Shown: in pieces, positions 53,187-64,000 of the stretch
How the letters are laid out: each line of letters opens with the position of its first letter
How positions within the stretch are numbered: position 1 is the stretch's first letter
NCBI GenBank assembly: GCA_051294375.1
Contig: CM119267.1
Span: forward strand, 18,819,439-18,883,438
Source: Paraspadella gotoi
Taxonomy: Eukaryota; Animalia; Chaetognatha
DNA length: 64,000 nt
Reading direction: 5' to 3'
Program-made: the position numbers and the translations under genes
Notes under the pieces: model-generated
The model's input: the letters and a program-made list of their open reading frames with translations, nothing else
Database searches by the model: none
What the model was told of the DNA's origin: nothing

Positions 53187-53819
53187 AAGAGAGAGAGAAC
53201 GAGGAGACGAGAGAGAGAGGAGATGTTAGAAGAGAAGAGATCGGAGAGAGAGAGAGAATGGTTATATTGTCGAAGAGAGGTTTTTAGAGGTATGCATCGT
53301 TAGTGCGAGAAAAGAGTCCGTCATAAAGGGGAGAGCAGCGTATAGTGAGCACATGAGAAGTATAGATGACTGGTAGATGGAGAGAGAGAGAGAGAGAACG
53401 ACAGACGCGAGAGAGAGAGAGAGACGAGAGAGAGAGAGAGCAGAGAAGAGAGGAGGAGAGAGGAGAGAGAGAGAACCTAAACGTAAGACGCAGTACCGGA
53501 AATCTTCGCTGTATGGAGTTTCCATTTCTTCAACAAAAAAGAAAAAGGGAGATTTTAGAGAGAAGAAAAAAATATATTATTTTGATTTTCGGATAGCGTT
53601 CGAAGCATCTAGCGGAATTTTCGCCGCCCAAGTAGCTACTCGTATTTTTCTTGTTTTTGTTTACTTTGTTTTCATTTGCCTTTTTGTTTGTAAAAAAATA
53701 CTTGCGACCCGAAAAAAAGATGCAGCCAACTTTTTTTTAAAATTCAAATTTTATTTCTTTCACCACCTAAGTTGATAAAGAGGAGATTCTCTCTCTCTCT
53801 CTCTCTCTCTCTCTCCCCT

Positions 53820-53879
<60 letters not shown>

Positions 53880-56307
53880 ATCCATCCCTGCATCGAACTC
53901 GAATAACATCAATTAAATAGTTATAATTCTAATGATTAATCTTTCTACGACTCTCTTTCAACTCATTTCTTCGTTTTTTATCTGTCGTCTGCGCGTTGTC
54001 TTCTCGCTCGCTCGTTCCCGTAAGACGGAAAAGATCGTTTTCCGTGCTTCTTACGGGACACCAGTTCGCGTTCTATTGTCGGTAAGGCGTCGAAGGACTC
54101 GTTTAAACCGAACTTCTTGTAACCCTCGGAGTACCGTGCTCGTTGTGGCGGATCGTTGCACGTGCCGAGGTAACCGTGCGGCAATCAGCTGCGCCACGTG
54201 CTGAAGAAATGTACGCTTTCGTTTCAGCCGATGCCAGTGGCCACGCCTGCTGGTCTGTGCCCATTGGCATCAGGCCGTCAGTAATTCGTACATACTTTAT
54301 GTCTAGTGAGTCTGTACAACATGAAATGTTAGCCAGATTTCAATAATTTTCTATAGAGATGCCACCTATCTGTCTAAATGTTTAGTTTTTAAGTGTTTCA
54401 GGTTTGGATCGCATATAGTTGGTAAAATAGCTCTTTTTAAATCTATGTGGGCAAATTTAAGCAATTAAAGTGAATTATTTTTCATTATACGTTTGGTTTT
54501 TTATTTTGGATTTAACCCCCTACTTATGAAAGAGCTTTATGCGATTATTTTTTTGTTGCATACTTGAGGCGAGAGGATGTCAAACGGCCAACAAAATATT
54601 TAGAAAGCGTCGGCGTCATTTTCGCGAAATTTTTTTTTGTGGCGGGAATTCGTAAAAGGATTGGTACACTGACAAATAATCACTAGCCTTAACCGCGACG
54701 ATTAAACTGATTGAAAATTAGATTTTTTTACAACATTAATTCGTTCTTGTAGTTTATTCTCATGGACTTTAGATTCCTGATGTCTTCACGTGGACGCCTT
54801 AATGGCCCACACTTGGCCACGCTGACCACGGTCTCGCGAGGGCAAAAAAAGCTTTGAAAAAACTACGAATGTTAAATGTTTTTTTTTTTTTCTCATCTAC
54901 TATTTCTTTCAAACGGGCCTGCGTTTTAAAATTTCTTACCGCAAAAATAACCTGAAGAAAAAAAAGAAAAGCCAACGAATGAGGACACATTTTTTGTCAG
55001 AGAATAAGTTTAGTTAGTTGTTATTACATTTTTTTAACCGTCAAATATAAAAAAAGCGATGCTTCTGTAATAACGCTGATTGTTACGAAAATGAAAGACG
55101 CACTGTAAAAAAATTGTGCGACCTCAAATGAACGCAAATTAAAAAGACACAAACAATATTAAAGTAGTGACGGCGTTTCAAGTTAATAAATTTGTTGTTG
55201 ACATATCAGAATGCAAAAAAAAAAAGAAACGAGAAAAAAAAACTGCCCTAACAAAAAAAAGAGGAAAGAGAGAGAAATGAAATTCTTTTGTGGCTTTCCT
55301 GAGTTTCGAAGACGATATCATTCAAATTCAATTCACGTCGATCGTCGTCAATTGTTCGCGTCGTTGTTCGTCGTCGTCGTCCGCTCTCACGTCTTTGGTC
55401 GTTCGTAGTTGGCCGTCGTCGTTGTCGTCGTCGGTCGTACACGGAAATTACAAAGTCCTCATATTGCTTCTGAAATTTCTGTGGGGGAAGGCTGGCTTTT
55501 AACAAAGAAAAAATAAATGAAGGGGGAAGGAGAACGAGTCAAAGTTGGATAGAAAGAAAGAAGAAGAAAAAGAAAGAAGAAAGAAAGAAAGAAAGAAGAA
55601 AGAAAAGAAAGAAAGAAAGAAAGAAAGAAAGGAAGGAAGAGAAGAAGGAAGGAAGAAGAAAGGAAGGAAAAATAAATAAAGAAATAAATAAAAAAGATAA
55701 AGAGAGAAAGTATGAAAAAATAAAGAAATGAGTTACCGTAGTTTCTTTATCATTGGATAATATTTCAAGACGTTACGTTTTAATGATATGTATGATTTTA
55801 ACAAGTGGCAAGCAATAAAGAAAAGAACAATAGTAGTATGTTATGTTTATCGTAAGAAGTACGATTCGATGAGCGAACAGGGTTTTCTTCGATGCGTTAT
55901 GTAAACTACAAGATTGAAATGATATAACATTATCATATAATGAGCTCAGGGTGACAAAAAAATATGATATTAGTATGTTTCCATTAATGTTTTCCTAAAA
56001 AATTAAGGACAATCGTTTAAAATCGGAGAAAAAGAACAGAACCATTTTTGATTAAAAAATTCTTGTTATATTTTCAAGTCGCCACAAATGCCTTTTAAAA
56101 ATAACAGTTTATTGTACTTTATAAGGACCGAGTTGAAGACATTAAACATGCACGATCATTCAAATTTAAATTCATCAAACCCAAATCAACATGGAATATT
56201 TATTTTCAATGTAGTATATAGTATTATGGAATAGTAAATCAAATCGTAGCTTGGCTGTTTTCTCTATCTTTGTTTCAGTCACTCCTGTTAAATACGAAAC
56301 AGTTCGC

Positions 56308-57341
56308 TCACTCCGGTGGAACGATATAAAATCCCTCCCCAAATCCGGAAATCTGCCCCTGTGCGGCTCAGCATCCTCAACACTTCGAGATTCCGGTGCT
56401 GATGCTGATGATGCTGCTGATGCTGCGCTGATGTTGCTTTGTTCTGCCGTCCTGCGCCGAGGGCGGTGATTACCGACGCCGGGAATAGCGGCGGTGGCGG
56501 TCGGCGCCGACGCCCACTGCGCCCAATTCGGCCGCCGTGGCGATGACGCCGCCGGAATGGCGACGGCCGAATCTCTCGGCGGACTACTTCCTGAAATGTA
56601 CGACGCCCGACGAGGCCGAAGTGCCAACCGGCGAAGTTTGTCCGAAACCTCCCGCGGCGGCTGCCGCAGCGCCGCCGCCGCCGCAGCGCCCGCGGCGGCC
56701 GCGTGCTGATTAAACCCTTCCCCCGGTGGCGTTGTAAGCGTAAGCTCGTTGTGCGCGCGCGGCGGCAGAGGTGGCGCTTCTGCCGCGGACCAACGCCGCC
56801 AAGAGCGCCACCCGCGGCGGATCCGACCGGAACTCCGGCGGCGCCGCTTCCGCCCCGTATTTGGCGAATTCGTAATTGGACGCCGACGAAAGACACGGGT
56901 CGACGCCGCCGACGACGAAACCGACGAAGTGTGTTGAAGGACGCGCGGATATCCTCCGCGGCGCCTGCCTCCGACTCCGGCGTCGTTGGCGCCGTAAAGT
57001 CCGGCGTGTCCGTCGTTGGCGTGGTAATCCATGCCTTCGGACACCGCGTTGGCGGCGGCGTGGTCGCGTTCAGCCTCGCGATAAGACGCCGCCGCGTCGC
57101 CGTGCTGTTGGGGCTGTTGCTGCTGAGGCGGCGAGGAGGCGGCGGCGGTTCGAGATTGAGCGTGCGCCGACGACGCCTGTTGGATGTTTTTGGCGGAGGA
57201 GTTGGTGCAGACGATGTATTCCGTCTCTTCGGTGAAAGGATTTTGAAAGGCGAAGGACGATGTGCGGAGCCACACCCACTCGCGCGATTTGGACCGGAAG
57301 CGATACATGACCGACATCGGCTGACCCTTTAATTTAAGCAC
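56308..57341 (-). CDS. ARNT: ARNT terminal exon (PAS-B/PAC and Q/A-rich transactivation tail), with frameshift errors
   Basis: Acceptor CTCCAG/, then [51 protein letters not shown] (ARNT PAC motif). Near the end, LEVLRMLS and FPDL resemble the ARNT C-terminus. Stop position inferred. Confidence 0.88.
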
Positions 57342-58040
57342 CTGGAGAGTGGGGGTGTTGGATGGGTTTGGGGGTTGATGGGGGGGAAGGGGAAGTAGAG
57401 AAAAAAGGGGGGTAAACGAATATTGAATAAGGCAATCTCGGATAAATATGATAATTAGACTAAGGCTTTTTGAATCGTGTCGTTGATTAACAATTCATCT
57501 TTAATTTAATCTTTTGTTAAATGAAGAAGACGACACTTCGACGACGACGGACGAGACGACGATGAAGGCAAGTTGTGAGCAAATGTTCCAAACCTCCGCC
57601 GAAACGTAGCCTTTGCATTCTTTACTTGTTACGAGTTATGAATATAGAATATACTGAGCGAAGACAGTTAGAAAATACCGGAAATCTTAGAACTGTCTTA
57701 AAAAATGTTAGACACACAACCACAAAATCTCAACAACACGACTCCTTAGCCAATCCCACAAAACTTTTCGAGTGAATCTCCGTCAGAAATTCTTCCCTCG
57801 AATCTTGACGAAGACGCGAAACGATATCGGCACAACGTCACCGCCTTCCTGACCTTTTCATTTATCGGCGGCGTCGACCAGCTGCTGCCATGCCGGCGAA
57901 ACCGGCGCGCTACTCGCTCCCTTTTTTTTTATGCCATTTTCGATTTCCGTTTTACTCAAATCGAAATCGGATATCGATTCATTCATATAATTGAAAAAAA
58001 TATATATATATCGGAGGAAACTAGACAGAGGAAGAGAAAG

Positions 58041-58081
<41 letters not shown>

Positions 58082-58889
58082 GAGAGAGAGCAGAGAGAGA
58101 TGAGAGAGAGAGAGAGAATTCAGACAGAACAGACAGAGAGAAAAACCCAATAACATACGTTTTTTTTTTTCATTAAAAAATTCTTCTTGCGTGGCAGAGG
58201 CTTTGGGCCTGGGAGCGCAGGGGTCTCCATTGCGCTCAATCCGATGAGAAGTCGGAAGGAAGGAAGAAAAAAAAGCCGATGAAAAAAGCCGCGCTATCAA
58301 AATATCTCAGCCTTTTTTTTATATTTCGTCTGGTGCCAAAGAATAGAGCGAAAAGGGAAAAGGAAAACCTTTTCTACTCTTTCAAAGTCGAATGAATAAC
58401 CTACAAAGTAACAAGAAGTGCTTATGGTTGTACCCAATTTCATACAATCATACGCTCACGTTGTACAAGCTGCCTTTATTCCCAGAATGCAACATCTAAC
58501 GATTCCATATCCCAAATGACATGGTAAATATTTTTTTAGATTCGGATAATAAAATCGGTAAATTAATAATCAAATAGCGAATAAATAGGTAAATATTTAG
58601 CAAATATAAATACCTTGAAATAATGAAACAAGTAATTTTAACCTAAACGATATATTTTATCACGCCAAGCTGTCTGTCCTCCTTTATCAACTTTTGATAC
58701 CGAGATGAAATATGCCACCAGTGGTAGCCTACCACGCTCCGACTAAGAGACATTCTTACCATACCCCAACTCCTAAGAGTAACCAGCCAATCGCTACCTT
58801 CTCGTATTCCTCCACGCGTTTCCTCCCGGTGACCCCGCCGCCCACACGGGGTTAACATAACGGCGATATCGGCACCCGCCGCTAGATAA

Positions 58890-59121
58890 CGATCCGACTC
58901 GTATCCTCATGTGCGACTGATCCTCGGGGTGAATAAAAGTCACGTAGGCGGCAAAGCGATTGCCACGCAGCTCGTGAGGAGGCGTAGCCGGCACGGCACG
59001 GAGACCCTTTGAATCGATGAAGGTGATGGTGGCGACTCGGGAGTGCGGGAGATGAACTCGGTGGAGGCGGTGGCGGAGGAGGGGTGCGGCGTGAAGTCCG
59101 ATAGATTTGGGGGAGATTCAC
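58890..59121 (-). CDS. ARNT: ARNT PAS-B exon, garbled
   Basis: Acceptor CCAAG/, then fragments SPPNLSDF, TEFISR, GYA, PHELRG and FIHPEDQSHMR in shifting frames. The order matches ARNT PAS-B (TEFISRH...GYQPQELLG...HPEDQ). Confidence 0.75.
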
Positions 59122-59687
59122 CTTGGACGGAGGGAGAGTCGCAGGGGGGAGGTAAGGTGAGGTGGAAGAGGAGGAGGAAAGGGGGCGAAACAAGATAGTT
59201 GATGCTGGGTTTTCGTACGACGATTAGTGAAGAGTCTGACACGTGGAGAGAAATCAGAGAAAGGTATGGAGTGAGTATAACTCAAGTAGTAGTGTAGAGT
59301 GGAGAACTCGAAGATATTGCTAGATGGGTCATGAAGATATCAGAGCTGGCGTAGATAATACATGTGAAATCAGTGCAACAACAAATGAAGAATTTGGTCA
59401 TAAAATGTCAAATTTATAGTAAACTAATAATAAATAACCCAGTTTAACAAGGCAAACATGATTCGCGATCTTAAATCTTGGTTTCCTCGCTTGGCTGTTG
59501 TTTTTTTTTATTTGCATTTCTCCTCTTTGTATCGGTTGAGTTGAGATGACTACTGGCCTAAAATCTTCTCTCACTCTCCGTGAAAGAATAAACAAAGTTT
59601 TAATATTTAAGTCTTCTCATTAAAGTCTTGTAGTCAGTGCTCACAAGTCGAAACAACCTGACCCATCTCCGTCTCGTACCGCCTTAC

Positions 59688-60000
59688 CTTCTTTCCTTCC
59701 AGACCTCTCTTATTCAAACTCATGTGGGAATCGAAGGGACTTATCTTTCCCCTGTATCGAGTCGGGGAAAGAAACAACGGCGTGACGACAACTTTTCCGA
59801 TTCCGGAGGTAATTAATCATTGTCCCCTTTGGCCTCCGCTCCAGCACTTCGTGTCCGTCATACTCAGGTCGTCGTCGTCGTGCGTCGTCTTCGTCGTCCG
59901 TCGGTCTCCCCACCCCCTGCGGATTCCTACATCGCTTTCACACCCTTCCTCTTTCAATCTGACAGGACTTCCCACGCCGTCTCCGCCGTTTCGCCCTCAA
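59688..60000 (-). CDS. Possible garbled ARNT PAS-A/PAS-B linker exon
   Basis: GC-rich block ending in AAG/GTAAGG, at the position expected for the missing exon. Only weak remnants (RNG, PQG, DDEDD). Confidence 0.3.
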
Positions 60001-63000
60001 AATCGTTAAAAAAATAAAATTCTGGTACGTCTCTCTCTCATCCTTTCTGCTTACTTTTAACGCTGGATTGCTCTTACAATCAGGAGATTCCTTTCTTTTC
60101 TTGTCGCAGTCGAAATGGCACGTACTGCTTACTTATTTTGTTAACTTCGTGCTTTTCCCCTTAGATGTTGCTTTATTTTCGCTTATATTGTTTCTTGTCT
60201 TATCTTTCACGATTTTCTTCTTCATCTTAAATTCTTCCCTTTCTCTCTTCCGAGTTTAGCTTGAAACGGCCCTCCGTGTTGAATCTTCCACATCTCTTCT
60301 TCACGATCTCATCTCATTCCTATCTCTGCGGCAGTCCTTCTCCAGTCTCCCGTCTCTCACTCATTCCTCTGCCTCTCATAAATTGCCGCTGTATGTGTCT
60401 TCATCTCCCACGGTAAGATTGTCTGAGTTGCCCCGAAAATGTATTCAGAACTTCGCAAACTAGGGGAGGACGAGTCAGACTACTCCCGGCCGTGAGGCGC
60501 AGGTGCACGTGGGTCGGGTCCTCATTGGACCTCTGTCTGCTAAATGTTGGCAGCCTAACAGCATTAGTTTCCGACTACTTCTCGGATTTCTGCTCCGCTC
60601 CGTCGTACAGTGATTCTCTTCAGACCCATATCTTCTTCCTTCTTTTTTTTGGCTCAAATCAACCCAGAGAGGAATAAACACGGATCAAAAGGACAGGAAG
60701 ATGAGCGAAAACTTATACCGGAATCACAATCGATCAAGAGAGAAGAAGTAGTCAGACGATATCGAGACCGATCAAAGAAAGAAAGAGAGGAATACTCGAG
60801 AGTAACGAAAAACGGGAAAGACGATCGCGAGTTGGAACGAAGACCGACCGAGCCGCCCCATCCTTACGTCCGATTAGCGCGACGAACAGCGCAATCTTCC
60901 GGCACAGCAGAGGATCAAAGTACGTGGAGCATGCTTAGATCGTGCGGAGGCTAAATAAATACACAGATTCGCGAGGAGCAACATAATTGTGTTTAAGTCC
61001 GTGTGAAAACGTAAAATTGCAGCTTGACGTTTTCGATTGGCAACAATAATAAAATTCATAATACTCATTTCGATAAGACAATATGCGTGATGCACGAAAA
61101 TTGAACTACAAGAATAAATATCAGCGACGAAAAGAGAAATGACCTTTAGTCGTTTAAATCTAATTTTTACATCATTACGAACGAGCGGGCCAAATACAAA
61201 CGATTAAAGCGAACTGATTCATATACAGCAGGAAACTGACTACCCATCACAACATACTAGTCTTGAGTATTAGCTACAATATTTACAGAATCAGACTTGC
61301 GATTACATTGCTATTACAAACATAAGACAAGAAGACGATACAAGAAAAACGTCTGACGAGATTTGACCGGAAAAACACCGTCACAATACTGTCAACCTTC
61401 TAAAAAACCTCAATCTGATAGGCAATACTGTTTTTTATATAATAAAAAAATTTAAAAAAGAAATGCATCAATCGTTAAAACAAGTTTGAGGCAACAATGT
61501 CGGATCTTGCCTACGATAAATTAATTAATTAATTAATTAATCGATTATTAATTAATTAAATTAACATGTAAATAATAATTTTAAATTTATATTCAAGCTT
61601 ATCATGCATCGATGTTGCCTTCAAACATTAGGCGGATTAGGACAGCTATACCTTAAATGATCGGTTTGTGTACACTATTTTAATCAAAAACAAATATCCA
61701 TTATTTATATTATGTCTCTGTGTCTCTCTCCTCCTCTCTCATCTCTCTCTCTCTCACTTTTGATGCATTGCTTTATGCTTTAAAAATTTTTTTAATTGCA
61801 TCATTTTTCACATTAAATAATGAATAATTAACTACATTAATTTATTAAAACATTTTATTAGTATGCATTAATAATTAAGAGATTCAAGAAATGTGACTTA
61901 TGTTTTCTATCTAAACTCCATTTCACGGCACAATTCCCGTCAAAACTTTTAATGTATTATATATTAATAAATATTTAAAAGCTTCAGTGCAAACAACCCA
62001 TATGAACTAAATCAAAAGCGGATAATCACATTGAGAAAGAATACGCAGTATATTAGTAGTTAACAAGATCCGGCGGAAATAACGAGATTCTTTAAAAGAG
62101 AACAGAGGAGAGATTAATAAACCAAAGTGGTCTCAAATTTTGGCTAGATAATATAGGAGCCCGGGACCTGGCTTGGATAATAGAAAATGTTCTCTCAATG
62201 GATCATAGATAGAGAGCTGTCTCTAAGTCAGGCGTTAACGCGATAGCTATCTAATATGATACATTGGAGAAACCATAATCGTTTTACAAAATTCTTTGGC
62301 TTATTCGAACTGTTTTGTATAGATTTCACTGATAGGCCGTTATAAAAGTTAGGATAAATGGTATTAATACTGAGACCAATTTTCTGATGATTGTGTTTAT
62401 TAAGTGTGCAAAAATTTAAAAAAAAATACGAATTATCAGCCAATAATGGATAGATGATGATAAAAAATTTTGAGTGGAGAGCAGATTTGTAATTACTATT
62501 TTTGACACGCAATTTATTAGTCAAAAATTGAAAAAATTATAGTACTAACTTTCATTTAAACTTGTTTTAGAGCTCTGACAGAAGACCAGCGTTCTATAAA
62601 AAGTCAGAATTCTTAAATTTTTCTTCTTGTCACTTTGCATCTATACTTATCTCGAAAAGTACAAGTATGGCTAAAAGAGCTGTACAGTGCAACATACCCA
62701 ATGAACGAACTAAGTATCAAAATGATATTCTACATTGAAACGATCGATTTTCACGTAGTACATAGGGCAAAAAAGGAATATTGTTTGAGAGAGAACTAGA
62801 ACAAAAGTGCTCAATATTTTGGCCCGCCGTATACTAGACTATGAAGTTGCAAATAGTTGATCTAAACAAAATGTTATCGGAGACTAATTATGTTAAGGCA
62901 GGATCACTTTATATGTATTTCTGAGTAGATTATTCTTAAAATTATTTTCTAGATTCAACGGCATGAGTAACAAATAACTTGTATAAGGTTCGCCTAATTT

Positions 63001-63720
63001 TTTATTTCGACTCACTCTGCCATATCTTGTGCTTTCTCTCTGCCTCTCGGTCGCCTGTCCTCTCTCTCTCTCATGCTCTCTCTGCTCTCTTCTCCATCTC
63101 TCGCTGCCTCTGCCTCTGCTCTCTTCTTTGGCAATTGACCGCAACGCTAAGAGACGAACGTGCTGTCAGTGCCTCAGATAATGCTCTCCTCTCTCCTCTC
63201 TCTCTCTTCTCTCCTCTTTGCAATGCGACGAAAATCCTATGCTCATTTTTCTTGCTTCTCTTTCTCTCTCTATTTCTGACAAGTGTAAATGGCTCAACTC
63301 TTTTTGAGCGATGATTTAAACTCATTTCCACTGGCACAATCCGTCAAAACTTTATATCTTCGCTTACGTTCACTCACGTAGAACGAGCACGCTGTTCCAC
63401 TAACACGCTCACGGATTTGAAATTTCATCTTCAATCTATAATGGGTTGCAAAATAGAGTACAAAAAGTAATTCAAGTAAAGTTGATGACTCACTTGATTT
63501 TTTTCATCTTAACACTCATTCCACTCGTACTCGTACTGTCGCGTCACGCCGAAACTTTATATTATCATGTAGCATCTGTACCCTAGCTACCTAAGATTAA
63601 TTATTTACTTGAATTATATTAAGGAACCAACTCTTATTTAATCATCTTAGTTATTAAGTAATATAACTTTTACAAAATCTCTCAATTTAAATATTATAAT
63701 TATAAATACAATGTCAACAA

Positions 63721-63775
63721 TCGGGAATCGAACCCGCGACTTAACGAACTACGAGCACCGCCTTCATCGGCACTG
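63721..63775 (-). mobile_element. tRNA-like / SINE fragment (T-arm, B box)
   Basis: The - strand reads GTCGCGGGTTCGATTCCCG: a CGGG/CCCG stem around a TTCGATT loop. The rest of the cloverleaf is not recognisable. Confidence 0.35.
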
Positions 63776-64000
63776 TTTTCGGAAACATCCACAAACTCGG
63801 ATTAATATGGGACTAGGGATAAATGCGAACATATCAAGCATCGTTACACATTTTTTCTAACACCACACAAAAAATTTTGAACTCAATCTATACCATCCAT
63901 TATGATTAATTAGAGTACTTTATTGGTTAAAATAATTAAAAATAATTTAGTAAATGCGACTTATGTTTTTTTCTTCTTAAACTCACACGTTCCGTCGAAA

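Overview
Eukaryotic, invertebrate-type animal DNA: GT-AG introns, abundant (GA)n, (TTTC)n and (GAC)n microsatellites, N gaps, and several stretches with insertion-rich, error-like noise, consistent with a draft long-read assembly. There is no prokaryotic content or CRISPR array. (1) A tandem cluster of divergent rhodopsin-class GPCR genes of the FMRFamide-receptor-like/Srw-like type. Two intact spliced models could be built by hand in the cleanest copy (A, 298 aa, 35048-36511; B, 331 aa, 31777-33985), plus a partial third gene (C). (2) The cluster occurs three times: as the two arms of a 26.6-kb fold-back contig bounded by 25-N gaps (2816-15244 and 16799-29448) and as a cleaner direct copy (29474-38517). 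A fourth, garbled fragment lies at about 40.9-41.4 kb. (3) A candidate very Asp-rich protein gene sits next to the fold-back axis. (4) An ARNT/tango bHLH-PAS gene has its bHLH/PAS-A exons on + (50942-52654) and its PAS-B/C-terminal exons on - (about 56308-60000), and a 44-bp tandem repeat multiplies the exon-2 splice donor. (5) A fold-back MITE and two tRNA-like/SINE-like heads. Much of the large-scale architecture is most simply explained as an assembly artefact. The best candidates for real novelty are the minimal, motif-divergent GPCR family, the amplified ARNT splice donor and the Asp-rich gene.
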